A DNA stretch of 32,276 nt from Octopus bimaculoides (lineage: Eukaryota). Made by a program: the position numbers and the translations under genes. Under the pieces are notes generated by a model. It was not told the origin of the DNA, did not search any database, and was given only the letters and a program-made list of their open reading frames with translations. The stretch is taken from the NCBI RefSeq assembly GCF_001194135.2, contig NC_069002.1, positions 23,199,498 through 23,231,773 of the forward strand, read 5' to 3'. Shown here piece after piece: positions 1 through 12,425 of the stretch; position 1 is the stretch's first letter; the number at the start of each line of letters is the position of its first letter.

Positions 1-213
1 GGGGGACAAACACAGACACAAACATATACACACACATACATATATATACATATATACGACAGGCTTCTTTCAGTTTCCGTCTACCAAATCCACTGACAAG
101 GCTTTGGTCGGCCCAAGGCTATAGTAGGAGACACTTGCCCAAGGTGCCACGCAGTGGGAATGAACCTGGAACCATGTGGTTGGTAAGCAAGCTACTTACC
201 ACACAGCCACTCC
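1..213 (-). mobile_element. tRNA-derived SINE, family A (5' part, window-truncated)
   Basis: Minus strand reads gtggctgtgtggtaag (A-box-like) ... ggttccaggttcattccc (B-box-like) ... ccttgggcaagtgtc...ctactatagc...ggaaactgaaagaagcc. Same sequence recurs at 1069, 7297, 8592, 12275, 18350, 19975, 30800. Confidence 0.9.
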
Positions 214-489
214 TGTATATGTATATGTATTTCGTTTTTGAATTTGGTTTGCTAGATTCTTTATGTAGGTTCGTGTGTTGGAGCACATACTGTTGTGTCT
301 GGGGGGAGTCATTCTCTTTTAGTGCCTTACAATTTGACACATTAACTGGTAAAATTTCCACTTATTTCTTTTTCATTTTTCTAAAATTTTCGTTGTCTTC
401 CAACCTTTTCAATGTATATGCATGTATATTCATGTGTGTACATGTGTGTGTGTGGTGTGTGTGTGTGCATGCATGTGAACACCTGCTAA

Positions 490-720
490 TCCACTGAGGG
501 CAGCATGTGTTAGAGTTTTCAGTAAGGTACCTTGTGACATCCGTTTTGGTTCCTTAGTTTCTGACAACAAGAACTGCAGTGACACTGGTGCCAAGCTGAA
601 TTGGTCCAAGATCATGATGTCCTTTCCTTGGATAAACATTAGAGATGTACGGATGGGGAAGCTTGCATGAATGGCTAACTGCTGGTCTTCCTCAAAAAAA
701 TCTTTCCCAGGTCTGCACAT
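490..720 (+). mobile_element. Degenerate SINE, family B
   Basis: gacactggtgccaagctg...cctttccttggataaac...ctgctggtcttc aligns with the body of the better copies at 9071-9401 and 28658-28993. Confidence 0.7.
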
Positions 721-895
721 ATACAGGTTCAAATGCATGGCCAGCCTTGACCAATGGAAGGCCTTACACTGGAAACCTGCTCCTTATTACGTAATTTATT
801 GCACTTTCTCCAAAATGTATGTAGGGCTTGAGAAAGATGAGGTGACCACAATCCTTTGTGTCTATAATGCTAATTTAGATGAACAACAATGCCGG

Positions 896-934
<39 letters not shown>

Positions 935-1068
935 TGAGCACTAAATTTATCAGTTGGTATGGGAGAGATGACTGGTATGGGAATGGGCAGTGAGCTATTG
1001 GTAAATATTGCTGATGGCTGTTGCTAGAGTTTAGCCATGAAAGAGAAGAAATTGAAAAAAAAATAAAT

Positions 1069-1458
1069 GCAGGAGTAGCTTGCTTCCCAACCACATGGTT
1101 CTGGGTTCAGTCCCACTGTATGGCACCTTGAACATGTCTTCTACTATAGCCTCGGGCTGACCAAAGCCTTGTGAATGGATTTGGTAGATGGAAACTGAAA
1201 GAAGCCTGTCGAATATATATATACATGTATGTATGTGTATGTTTGTGTCTTTGTGTTTGTCCCCTCAACATCGCTTAACAACCAATGCTGGTGTGTTTAC
1301 GTCCCTGTAACTTAGCTGTTCAGCAAAAAAGTCCAATAGAATAGGTACTAGGCTTACAAAGAATAAGTCTTGGGGTCGATTTGTTCGATTAAAGATGGTG
1401 CCCCAGCATGGCCACAGTCAAATGACTGAAACGCATAAAAGAGTGAAAGAGTAAAAGA
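1069..1458 (+). mobile_element. SINE family A, near full length
   Basis: Head with small deletion, internal (TA/TG)n, then ...gtaacttagc...aagaataagtcttggggtcgat...ccccagcatggccacagtcaaatgactgaaac and an (aaagag)-like tail. Confidence 0.9.
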
Positions 1459-2424
1459 GTTGAGATTTTATGATGCTGGGTCTCACAGAAAACCTGACAA
1501 AAAAAACCAAAATATGCAGCACTGGGCTGTTTCTCGAGATCTGTTTCTTGGGAAAATAAATATTACAACGTAGATGGCAAGAAAGAAGTTTAATGACTTT
1601 TAAAATGCCAAGTTTCTAGGGAAATGACAAAAGACCATTCGTGAATACAAGTAATGTTTAATTGTTCAAATGAGATGAGAAAGTTAACAATGTAATAAAT
1701 GTTTAAGTTATCAGAGTGAAATTCAAAATTAGACATTATTTTCTAAACAGCCCATATTAGCATTAATAACTTAAAATATAACATTTCCATTGCCTTGCAT
1801 AGATATTGGTTGTAATTTTTGTGCAACAGAACTGGTTGTTATTTATTTATTTTTTTCCCCACTTGTATATTTTTTGTATCTCTTTGTTTCATTCTTTTCT
1901 GTTTTACATTAATTTTTCCCTTCTCTCCTCCCTGTCCACTGCCACCACTGCTACCGCCTCTGTTTGTTTGCTTTGCAAGTCTACAAAAAGAAATCTTGGT
2001 CTTTGCTAAAAATACTGAAGTTGATACTTTCAAAAATATTAGGANNNNNNNNNNGGATGTAATTGAACATGATTAATCAATAAATTTATGAAGAACTCCT
2101 GTTATCAGTTGAATGAGGAAAACAGAATTTGGTAGGAATTTGTGAACTAGAAACAAGATTATTCTAGTCTATACAAAACAATTCTTGTTTCCTCAGCTCC
2201 AGAAAAGTCCTTTAACAGATTCTATACATCTGCCTTGTTGCAGAATATCTTTTTTTACTTCTCTCTTGTGTTTTTTGGTTCTTTAAAGATTGTGTAAATG
2301 TTTGATAACTTTGGTTGCCAATGGGTTACAGATATGAGAAATGTGGTCGATGAGAAGAAGAATATTGGTAACTCGCTAAGTTTCTGTAACTTTGTTTATG
2401 CAGTAGGGTCACTTTTGATTAACT

Positions 2425-2690
2425 CATATTGGTCATCATCATCATTTAGTGTCCGTTTTCCATGCTGGCATGGGTTAGACAGTTTGAGTGGAACTGGTAA
2501 GCCGGGGAGCTGAACGAGGTTCCAGTCTGATTTTGGCCTGGTTTCTATGGCTGGATGCCCTTCCTAACACCAACCACTCCAAGGATGTAGTGGGTGCCCT
2601 TTACATGTCACCAGTACAGATGCCTTCTACCTCTCACTCATACAGGTGCCTTCTACTTGTCAATAGCACTGGCCAGTTTTATTTATTTGA
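2425..2690 (-). mobile_element. SINE family C (ends in (gat)n on the element strand)
   Basis: tcatcatcatttagtgtccgttttccatgctggcatgggtt...ggctggatgcccttcctaacaccaacc. Related segments at 4110-4310, 23755-23810, 24455-24770, 26375-26422. Confidence 0.8.
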
Positions 2691-3239
2691 AGGGAAATGA
2701 GCAGATGGGTAAGATATTTTACTACCAGCTCATAGGTTGTGAGTTCAAATCAGATGTTGGTATTTGTGTTTTACTGGGCATAATAGTTTAATTTCAGTTT
2801 ATTCCATGTCCACCAAGCCGTATGGACTAAAGGTAGTGCAATGTCTCACCCAGGAGTAGATTTATCAATCAGGAGCTGAACAGCTGTGCATTAGCCATTT
2901 AAACCATTTTGCAAGTTTGGGACTTTAGAGATATTTACACAAGAGGCTTGCTGCTTATTATACAATATTTTCTGTGGGTTCCTTCTGAATAATTCTAGCT
3001 CTTAATCTCTATTATAAATCCTGGATTATACCAGTTTCTGTTCACAGATACTGATGTTACTTAAATTTTGGGGAGTTACTTGAAAGCCTCACCTTAGTAA
3101 TGCTTTGTCCAAATCAGTGTTAATTCTCATAAAATATTGATCTTCATTTTTTTTGTTTTTCTGTTTTGTATTGCTACTCAGTCATGAAATTCACCATAAA
3201 GTGCACTTCAAAAATGAAGATTATTAACGTTTTATTATT

Positions 3240-3400
3240 TTTTTTTACCAATTTTTCCTTGTATTCCTGTGGAATCCACTTGTTAAACTTGTTCAGAATT
3301 GTTTTAGATGTCTTGGAATATTCAAAATGCTAACACTCAACTCTTGCAATAGTTTGGTGACATTTTCATCTATTAATATCTCCAGATGATCAATTTGCTT
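3240..3400 (-). pseudogene. Mariner transposase fragment (HTH linker to WVPHEL region)
   Basis: Manual translation: DHLEILIDENVTKLLQELSVSILNIPRHLKQF*, then frameshift to LNKFNKWIPQEYKEK. Resembles mariner ...RHLKQLGKVKKLDKWVPHEL. Confidence 0.6.
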
Positions 3401-3854
3401 AAGACAAATATTAAAAAAAAAAGATGAAAATAAAAAACCAAAAAATAGAAAAGAGAAATTCACTCACATTCTCTTCGTCTTTGGATCTCCCTTATTCATT
3501 AATAAACTTTTGCAGTCTCTGTTTGACTATTCATATAACTGTTTTATGCATTGTTTTATACATATATATGTACATACAAATGTGTGTGTGTGTAATATAT
3601 TGCTGTCAACATTAATGTCCATATTTCACATACTTTTTCATTATAGTCCACTCACTGGTTCACTACATTTCTGGCAGGCAGTGAGAGTGACATGGGAGTA
3701 GCTGTAACATGATACTGAACAAATAGCTCAGGGGGCTTTAAGTATAAAGCAATAGTTTTTTTTCAGTTTTCTCATTGATGTTCTCACCCTTTTCTGATGC
3801 ACAAAAAATATACCTAGACACACATACAAATGTATGTGTGCATGTATGTGTGTG

Positions 3855-4100
3855 TAGCCTAGTGTTGTTGGACTCACATTCATAAAGCCATAGTTTCAAT
3901 TCCCAGACCAGGTAACACATTATGTTCTTGAGCAAAACATTTCATTTCACATGGTTGCAGTTTACTCAGCTGTAAAGGTGAACCGTAACAGCAGGAGTGG
4001 GGAGTGGATGTTAACTCAGCAGTGGGCTGGTGTTCCATTTCAGATGCCTACACACCATAGAAATCCTAGGCTAATATATTTTTAACCTCAAAAAAATAGA
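3855..4100 (+). mobile_element. Degenerate tRNA-headed SINE (family B/D-type head)
   Basis: gtagcctagtg...tttcaattcccagacc...gttcttgagcaaaacatttcatttcac...tttactcagctgtaaa, same head as 9071 and 9758. Confidence 0.65.
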
Positions 4101-4109
4101 CCCAGGGTG

Positions 4110-4310
4110 TACCATCATCTTCAGTATAATGTCTGGTTTCTCCATACTTGCATGGAGCAGACAGAATTTATTGAGGCAGACTTTTTTCTACAGCTGGATG
4201 CCCTTCCTGTCGCCAACCTTCACCTATTTCCAGACATGATAATACTTTTTCATGGCCTGACAGATTTCCTAGCTAGACTGGAAATAAATGACATTGCTTG
4301 TATGAAGGGG
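4110..4310 (-). mobile_element. SINE family C-related fragment
   Basis: catcatcttc...ctccatacttgcatgg...ctacagctggatgcccttcctgtcgccaacc shares its core with 2425-2690. Confidence 0.7.
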
Positions 4311-4386
4311 TCCCCCTCTTGCATTATAGCAAAATAAGGAGACACCATAAATATACATACATAAATGCATACTTAAACACACACAC

Positions 4387-4435
<49 letters not shown>

Positions 4436-5389
4436 NNNNNNNNNNNNNNNNNNNNNNNNNNNNNNNNNNNNNNNNNNNNNNNNNNNNNNNNNNNNNNNNN
4501 NNNNNNNNNNNNNNNNNNNNNNNNNNNNNNNNNNNNNNNNNNNNNNNNNNNNNNNNNNNNNNNNNNNNNNNNNNNNNNNNNNNNNNNNNNNNNNNNNNNN
4601 NNNNNNNNNNNNNNNNNNNNNNNNNNNNNNNNNNNNNNNNNNNNNNNNNNNNNNNNNNNNNNNNNNNNNNNNNNNNNNNNNNNNNNNNNNNNNNNNNNNN
4701 NNNNNNNNNNNNNNNNNNNNNNNNNNNNNNNNNNNNNNNNNNNNNNNNNNNNNNNNNNNNNNNNNNNNNNNNNNNNNNNNNNNNNNNNNNNNNNNNNNNN
4801 NNNNNNNNNNNNNNNNNNNNNNNNNNNNNNNNNNNNNNNNNNNNNNNNNNNNNNNNNNNNNNNNNNNNNNNNNNNNNNNNNNNNNNNNNNNNNNNNNNNN
4901 NNNNNNNNNNNNNNNNNNNNNNNNNNNNNNNNNNNNNNNNNNNNNNNNNNNNNNNNNNNNNNNNNNNNNNNNNNNNNNNNNNNNNNNNNNNNNNNNNNNN
5001 NNNNNNNNNNNNNNNNNNNNNNNNNNNNNNNNNNNNNNNNNNNNNNNNNNNNNNNNNNNNNNNNNNNNNNNNNNNNNNNNNNNNNNNNNNNNNNNNNNNN
5101 NNNNNNNNNNNNNNNNNNNNNNNNNNNNNNNNNNNNNNNNNNNNNNNNNNNNNNNNNNNNNNNNNNNNNNNNNNNNNNNNNNNNNNNNNNNNNNNNNNNN
5201 NNNNNNNNNNNNNNNNNNNNNNNNNNNNNNNNNNNNNNNNNNNNNNNNNNNNNNNNNNNNNNNNNNNNNNNNNNNNNNNNNNNNNNNNNNNNNNNNNNNN
5301 NNNNNNNNNNNNNNNNNNNNNNNNNNNNNNNNNNNNNNNNNNNNNNNNNNNNNNNNNNNNNNNNNNNNNNNNNNNNNNNNNNNNNNNNN

Positions 5390-5441
<52 letters not shown>

Positions 5442-5589
5442 GGTTATGAGAAGTAATGGTGTCAATAAGACCCAAAGATGTCAGGTAATGCTGAGTAAGT
5501 GCTATCGATAGACTATAGTTAAATTCCAGGTTCACTCTCTATTTCGTATCTTATCTAAATTAACTATTGCTTAACCATTTTCTCACACT

Positions 5590-5637
5590 GTCTCCGAGGA
5601 AGGGATATAATAAATATCCTGGAAACAGCTGTAAGAC
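5590..5637 (+). ncRNA. Minimal type-I hammerhead ribozyme-like motif (U4C core variant)
   Basis: gtct CCGAGGA a gggatat-aataa-atatcct g GAAA c agct g TA agac. Stem I gtct/agac, 7-bp stem II, palindromic loop III (agct), GUA triplet. Confidence 0.7.
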
Positions 5638-5709
5638 CTATTTATAAATGTTCTAAAATTTTCACAGCCTTGGTTTTTTATCTCATTCTGAAGAAAAATT
5701 ATATATATA

Positions 5710-6987
5710 TTGGGTTCAAATAAAAGTCTTTACTGTTCATCATCACCATCATTTAACTGTTATTTAAGTAAGATTTGAAAACAATATTTAGATATTCATA
5801 CATACTTTTATTCATCTATATATATCCAGCTTCATTCCACTACCTTTTGCCATCTTTGAGGCAGCTTCATGATCCCATCTTCTCAGAACTTGGTATCCTT
5901 TTAGGTCATGAACTGGTCTAAGTGAATTTTAATATCTTCTGAAGATTTGAAGTCTTTTTTCCATTAAGAGAATTTTGTAGGAGTGGAAATAATTGGCAAT
6001 CCAAAAGTTCAATGTCAGGTGAGCCAAGGTGTACCGATTTCTGCCAGCTCTGCTAGGTCTTCTAAGAAACATGAGATCTAGCATTGTTCTGAAGGGAAAT
6101 AACACCCTTTCAATTGACCAGTTCTGGACAATTTACATTGGTTGCTTCCTTTAATCGCTCTAATTAGCTACAATAATTGTCTGAATTCAACATCTGAGTT
6201 ATGAAAGGAGCTCTTAATGCACAATGCCCTTCAAGTCCCACTAGATCTAGAGCATCACATTCTTTGGAGAATGACTGGGTTTTGGAGAGATTAAAAGTGG
6301 TTCCTTTCATTTTCTAAAGGACTTCTCATTTTTGCTCCACATTGTTGCAAACAATCTATTTTCCCTCACCTGTAATCGTTCTTTTCAAAAATGAGTTGCT
6401 TTTGTTGTATTTGAGCAGAGAATTACATATGGAAATCTAGTCCATGAAATATTTTTTGTTAAATTAGGAAACACCCAAACATCATAACAATTCATGTATT
6501 TCAAGTGTTTTAGATGCCTTCTAACACTCATTTGAGATATGTTGAATGTCTCTGTGATGTCTGGTGCTGTGTTATTTGGATTACTTTTGATTATCATTCC
6601 AGTTTGGTTATCATAAATGACTGTAGGCCTGCTGGAATGTTCATGGTCTTGCAGACCAAAATCTTCACTCCAAAACCTAGCAAACAGCCTATGAACAATC
6701 CTCTCAGCTATACCACTGTATCCATTAACTCTATATAACTTTTTTGCTCTTTATACAACGTTTGTTCCTTTCCAGAAGTAAAACAGTATCAAATGATGCA
6801 CATGTATCGCATTTTCCTCCATTTTCACTTTCAGTGAGAAAAACAGTAGAAATAAACTATCCACATATCCACATTTCTGATCATACAGAAAGACATGTTG
6901 AAATGTCACCTTATACTTCTGCCACCTGAGAAATGAAATCTCATTTAAATGCTACCAATTGAAAAATGGTACAGACTGTTGCTCCAC

Positions 6988-6992
<5 letters not shown>
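5710..6992 (-). mobile_element. Full-length defective mariner (mellifera-like), 1283 bp
   Basis: Ends ttgggtt... and ...ctccaa, both flanked by TA runs (TIRs degenerate). ATG at 6822 reads MEENAIHVHHLILFYFWKG...AERIVHRLFARF...EHSSRP. Track ORF 6385-6597 gives RRHLKHLKYMNCYDVWVF. Later KGVISLQNNARSHV and SPDIELLDCQLFPLLQNSLNGKK (decayed YSPDxAPSDYHLF). Multiple stops and frameshifts. Confidence 0.92.
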
Positions 6993-7027
<35 letters not shown>

Positions 7028-7037
7028 NNNNNNNNNN

Positions 7038-7076
<39 letters not shown>

Positions 7077-7296
7077 GTATACTTAATTAGATCAATATAA
7101 AACTTTAATTTAATTTCTCAAATTGAATTAATTGGGCATGAAAACAAATATAGGGACTAAGAGTTTGTTTGGAATTGAATATGTTCTTATAGACTGATGT
7201 CTATAGCTCAATTACTCCATTTTGTTTTTTCTCACACACACACACACACACACACTTTTACATACATACATATATACATGCATATACACACACACA

Positions 7297-7453
7297 CGAG
7301 GGGCTTTTTTCAGTTTCCATCTTCCAAATCCACCCGCAGTGCTTTGATTAACCCAACACTATAGTAGAAGGCATTTGCCAAAGCTGCCACATTGTGGAAC
7401 TGAACCCAAGACTACATAGCTGGGAAGTGGACTTCTGAACACCACACAGCCAT
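7297..7453 (-). mobile_element. SINE family A, 5' part
   Basis: ttttcagtttccatcttccaaatccac...ggaactgaaccc...accacacagccatgc. Confidence 0.85.
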
Positions 7454-8319
7454 GCATACACACACGCACACACGCACACACACACATGCACACACACACA
7501 CACACACACATTCATATTCACACACACTCACACGCATACACATATTCACAGAAACACACACACATTCACACATGTGCATTTTCAAATTCACACACACATA
7601 CACGCACATACATTTATTTATTTATTTAAAGAAAAATTAAAGTTAAGAAAGCAAAAATTTGGTTTGAGCAACAAATCCAGATTTTATATTCTTTGAATCA
7701 AATTCTCATTAAGAGAAAGAAAGAAAGAAAGAAAGAAATGAAGATGAGCAAAAGAGCTCTGAAGGTTTTGAAAGTGAAAGTAGGAGGGAAAAAGTGAGTG
7801 GGGGCGAGATAGAGAGAAGGAAATAAGATTGCGAAAGATTTTAGATTGAATGTATGAGGAAAAGGAGAGAGAGAGAGAGGGATAGAGATAGAGGGGTGAG
7901 AGAGAGAGAATTTGTTTGAGTGTGAGGGAGAGGAGGGAGGAAGATGGAAGCTAATACTGCATTGTTTTTGGTTCAATGGAAACTTTTGAGAATGCCCCCT
8001 CCCCCCATCCCTGCTCTTCTGAGAAATAACAATGATCTGTAATTAAATATAGATTGTCATTAGAGATGGTTCTTCAGTGGTGGTCTTTTAGTTAACATAT
8101 TACTACCATATGGTGCCAGTATAATTCTACACATCACTCTTCTGAGATAAAAATAAAATTGTATATGCATGTGTGTGTGTGTGCACGTGTGTGTGTGTGT
8201 TTGTCAATGTGTGTGTGTGTGTGTGTGTTAATAGATTTATGTGATAGTTTTTTGTTCTGTTTTTAGGGAATCAAAGAAATCCATTTGGGAGAATAGGAGA
8301 AACACTAAGTAGAATATTA

Positions 8320-8437
8320 AAATCATCATCATCATCATCATCATCTCCATCTCCACCTCCACCACCATCACCACCACCACTACCACCATCATCATCATCA
8401 TCATCATCATCATTATCATCATCATTGTCTTCATCAA
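8320..8437. repeat. Compound trinucleotide microsatellite (CAT)n/(CAC)n
   Basis: Direct read; it produces the poly-Met/Val ORF in the track. Confidence 0.95.
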
Positions 8438-8591
8438 TTTCTTACATCCACTCGTAAAGGCTGGTATAGAGTGGGCAGCAGTTTTTGTGAGACAGGGCTT
8501 TATGGCTAACCGTTCCTCGTGCCCAGCCTTTTAGCTGTCCCTTCTTTATACATGCAGCGACATATATATTGTGAATATGTGTGTATATATC

Positions 8592-8980
8592 TTTTATCTT
8601 CTACTTGTTTTGGTCATTTGACTGTGGCCATGTTGGGGCATCTCTTTGAAGAATTTTACTTGCATGAATCAGCCCCTGTACTTATATTTTTTGAGCCTGG
8701 TACTTATTCTATCAGTCTCTCTTTGCTGAACTGCTAAGTCATGGGGGCATAAACCCACCAACACCAGTTGTCAAGTGGTGATGGGACAGACAGATAGACA
8801 CACACACACACACACACACACAACAGGCTTCTTTCAGTTTCTCTTTGCCAAATCCACTTACAAGGCTCTGTTTTGGCCCAAGGCTATAATAGAAAACTTT
8901 AGCCCAAGGTATCGGGCAGTGGGACTGAACCTGGAACCATGTAGTTGGGTAGCAAACTTCTTATGACATAGCCATGCCTG
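8592..8980 (-). mobile_element. SINE family A, near full length
   Basis: ggtcatttgactgtggccatgttgggg...tacttattctatc...caccagttgtcaag...ggcttctttcagtttc...gggactgaacctggaaccatg. Confidence 0.88.
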
Positions 8981-9070
8981 TACCTATGTTGAGCTTCTTG
9001 CAATTTCTGCCTACCAAATTCTCTTACAGGGCATGTGTGTGTGTATTTGTGTGTGTATGTGTATTATATA

Positions 9071-9401
9071 TGAAGGCACATGGCTCAGTGGTTAGAGCTT
9101 CAGGCTCACAAACATGAAATAGTGAATTCAATTCCTGGACCAAGCTGTGTTTTTTTGTTCTTGAGCAAGACACTTTATTTCACTTTGCTCCACTTCACTC
9201 ATCTGTAGAAGTGAGTTGTGATGTCATTGGTGCCAAGCTGTATTGGCCCCTTTGCTCTTCCCTTGGATAACATTGGTGGTGTAGAGAGGGGAGGCTGGTA
9301 TACATGGGCAACTACTGGTCTTCCATAAAAACAAACCTGTGCCTTGGAGGGGAACTTTCTATGTGCAATCCCAGGGTCATTCATGACTGAAGGGAGTCTT
9401 T
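9071..9401 (+). mobile_element. tRNA-derived SINE family B, full length
   Basis: tgaaggcacatggctcagtggttagag (A box) ... gaattcaattcc (B box) ... gtcattggtgccaagctg ... gtgcaatccc...cattcatgactgaaggg. Matches 28658-28993 in the opposite orientation. Confidence 0.9.
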
Positions 9402-9757
9402 GTGTGTGTGCTGTTATAATGCTTGTTTTGCCAGACCCTCATCGCTTAGGCAGAAATAGATTTGCAATTGGAATATTACAGCCAGGTGTTCTTCCTGTCA
9501 CCAACACTCCCTTACCCTTTCTCGTGCCCATGCCATTGGTCACACCTCAGCCTTTATGCTCTGTGTCTCAAATCCAATCCACCACATTCTCTTTGCCTTC
9601 ACCTCCCACCCCACCCCACCACCTTCTGCCACCTCTTGTGTCTTCCTCCTCCCACCAATTCCTAACCTGGCTTAATTGTTAGAGTTGCTCTTATTTGTGT
9701 AATAGAAGTGGTGTACGTGCGTAATAAGTATGGTGCTCTGGGTATGACTTCAAACTG

Positions 9758-9975
9758 TGGAGGCACATGGCTTAGTGGTTCCAATTCTTAGAACTGGACA
9801 CTGCATTGTGTTCTTGAGAAAAATCCTTCATTTCATGTTGCTCCAGTCCACTCAGCTGGCAAAAATGAGTGACCCTGCGATGGACTAGTGTCCCACCCAG
9901 GTGGATAATTTATACACCCTGGAAACTGGAAAACCGGCCCTTATAAGTCAGTATGACTCAAGAAAGTAACTTTAC
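9758..9975 (+). mobile_element. Internally deleted tRNA-headed SINE
   Basis: gtggaggcacatggcttagtggtt...gttcttgagaaaa...ctccagtccactcagctggcaaaaatgagt...cctgcgatggactagtgtccc...gaaaccggccctta. Confidence 0.7.
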
Positions 9976-10639
9976 CTTTACCAATTCTGACTTTAGACTG
10001 CATCTTGGAGTGGGGCCCTGATTTGGGAGTTTCAGCATTTTGTATAGTGGGGAACCCCCATCTTAGCTGCTGTTGTTCTTTGGTCTACTCTGACCCAGTG
10101 TAGTGATACCTGTCAGGGTCCCATCTATGGGTTAATTAGCATATTGCTGTTTTCCAATATGTGAAGACTGAATCCGGCACATTGTATGGAAGAAACCTTT
10201 ATAGCTCAACAGAGGGGAAGGTAGCTGCAGTAACACACATTGAGGAGTGAAGAGGATGTGATGAGGAAATAAAACATTTGGGTCATCCATTGCATCTGTC
10301 TCCATCTTCAGTTGTCTTGACCTGGTCTTGCCACTGGACTGAAGATGGTCATGGGTGAAAGAATGCAGTTGACAGGGCTCAACTCTTCTTCACTTTAAGC
10401 AAAACCACTGCACAAGTCATCAGTCATCGTTAAGGATGATTGGATAGTTTGTCACTACTCCAGTATATGTGTAATAATGGTGGTATGTATAGTAGTAGGA
10501 TAACAGGATAATGCCTGTGGTTAAATGCTGTTGGTAGGGGAGGTTAGGGGAGACAATAAAAGGAAATAAAAGACAGTGAAGTAAAAGAAGGCCTAAGGAG
10601 GTTTATTTTACTGGGACAGGTTTTACGAATGGAAAAGCA

Positions 10640-10835
10640 GACAGGTAAGTAGATAGATAGGTAAGCAGACAGGTAAGTAGATAGGTAAGTAGACAGGTAA
10701 GTAGATAGGTAGATAGATGTAAGGATGGCTGGCTGACTTGCTAGATAGATGGATAGAAAGATAGACAGACAGACATACAGACAGACATACAGATAGATAG
10801 ATAGATATATAGATAGATATATAGACAGACAGATA
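10640..10835. repeat. Compound tetranucleotide microsatellite (AGAT/AGAC/AGGT)
   Basis: Direct read. Confidence 0.95.
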
Positions 10836-10892
10836 GGAATGGAAATGGAAAGGTATGTGTTTGGAGTGGTTTATATGTAATAGAAGTGGTAT

Positions 10893-11085
10893 ATATTCAA
10901 GCCACATCTGGCCCAAATATTCTGTTTTTATGTCCAAACCGGTCAGATTTGGCATCTAACACTCTACAATGTTACAATGTAACCAATCCCATCATTGAGA
11001 TCTCAAAGCTATGAGATAATGCCAGATTAATTCAAACCAAAGTGAATAAGTAAGCATTACATTAATTTGAATGCTAAAGGGTTAA
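10893..11085. mobile_element. TTAA-flanked MITE, one end truncated
   Basis: Ends aatgctaaaggg-TTAA at 11082-11085. Body (ggcccaaatatt...atctcaaagcta...gattaattcaaa) aligns with 19796-20533. Confidence 0.7.
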
Positions 11086-11792
11086 TAGCAGAGGAATATA
11101 GATGTAATAAATATAGTAATACACATGTTATTCTATTGTTATGTGTTGTCTTTCTTTCTAAAATCTGGTTGGAGTTGATGCTTATTTTTAGATTAGATTG
11201 TTTATTGAAGAATGTTCAAACGTCTTGTAATTATTGTGTGTGTGTGTGTGTGTGTGCTCTTTACATTTGCCATACCAGTCATAATCAATCACGGTATTGT
11301 CTCTACTTCTATATTTCGGCAGAACACGGATAGACATTTATATCTATTTGTGTTACTACTGAGCAGTAAGTGAAGACGCATGATTTATGAAACTCGTTCA
11401 CATTAAAACATCGCTGTAACCCTTCCTAATGAAAAACTTATTGACAACAACTCCACTGGCTTAATATTTGGGCACTCCGACCCCCTTCAGAATGCTGTTA
11501 TATTTCATACCAGGTACTTATGGGTTTCTTTTCTGGGACAACCTATCTTCATAAACTTCCTTCTTGTATGACATGGATATAAATGATAAAGTATTGATTA
11601 AGTTGCATATAAAGTTATTAATATCACCATATTAACGATCTACTGATGTTATTCATTATTAAGACCCCTTTGCAGTCATAAGATCTGAAGAAGTTGTTAA
11701 TTTAACATTCCCCAGTTAAATTCATTTATGTGTTGATGCAAGCTGATGACATATAAACATGTTGGCCAACAGCAACATATACAACCCCATAA

Positions 11793-11847
<55 letters not shown>

Positions 11848-12274
11848 GTATATTTATCTATGTAACATGCTTAGCATATATGTCATTGAAGTAGATAGAT
11901 AGATAGATATATTGTTAGGTACATATATAGATGTGTAGAAAGATAGATACATAGGTAGGGATTTAGGTAGGCAAATAGCTATAAAAGAATGGTATTTCCT
12001 TCCATTGCGGTCATTTATTCCTTGGGTATTGAATTTCTTATTAAATCGTTGTTCCAAAGGGCATGGTCAAGCATGGCCCAGCTACTGAATATTCTGCATA
12101 GAACTTCATTAAAATTTTGGTAAATGGTCACAATTAACTAAGGTCATTCATATATATTTGTGGTTAATGTCAAAATTCGGTGAGAAAAGAGAATTAAAGC
12201 CATCAACATCAATGTCCAAATCTCAGAAATTCACAGAAATTCTTATATAAAGTGATATAATATTAAATAACCAG

Positions 12275-12425
12275 GCATAGCTGTGTGGTAAGGAGCTGGC
12301 TTCCTAAACACATGGTTCCAGGTTCAGTCCTATCGTGTGGTACCTTAGGCAGGTATCTTCTACTATAGCTTCAGGCTGACCAAATCCTTGTGAAATGGAA
12401 ACTGAAGGAGCCACATAGGCATACC
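12275..12425 (+). mobile_element. SINE family A, 5' part
   Basis: ggcatagctgtgtggtaagg...catggttccaggttcagtcc...tcttctactatagc...ggaaactgaagg. Confidence 0.85.

Noticed and set aside
1975-2076. Possible exon after a pyrimidine tract (…LQKEILVFAKNTEVDTFKNIR)
   Set aside because: No recognisable homology, interrupted by a gap, and no convincing donor site.
4269-5535. ORFs of 380-400 aa (similarly 12543-13703, 14186-15280, 29658-30533, 31075-31671)
   Set aside because: They are open only because of N-runs and dinucleotide repeats (YI, HT, VC, RE).
10302-10372. 11-bp hairpin ccatcttcagt/actgaagatgg followed by CTGAAGA...GAAA
   Set aside because: Stem II does not pair and there is no valid NUH triplet or stem I; at most a heavily eroded relic.
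11390-11720. Unique-looking sequence, checked for exons and for hammerhead cores (ctgaaga at about 11686, ctgatga at about 11743)
   Set aside because: No recognisable peptide, and no GAAA or stem III following the core-like heptamers.
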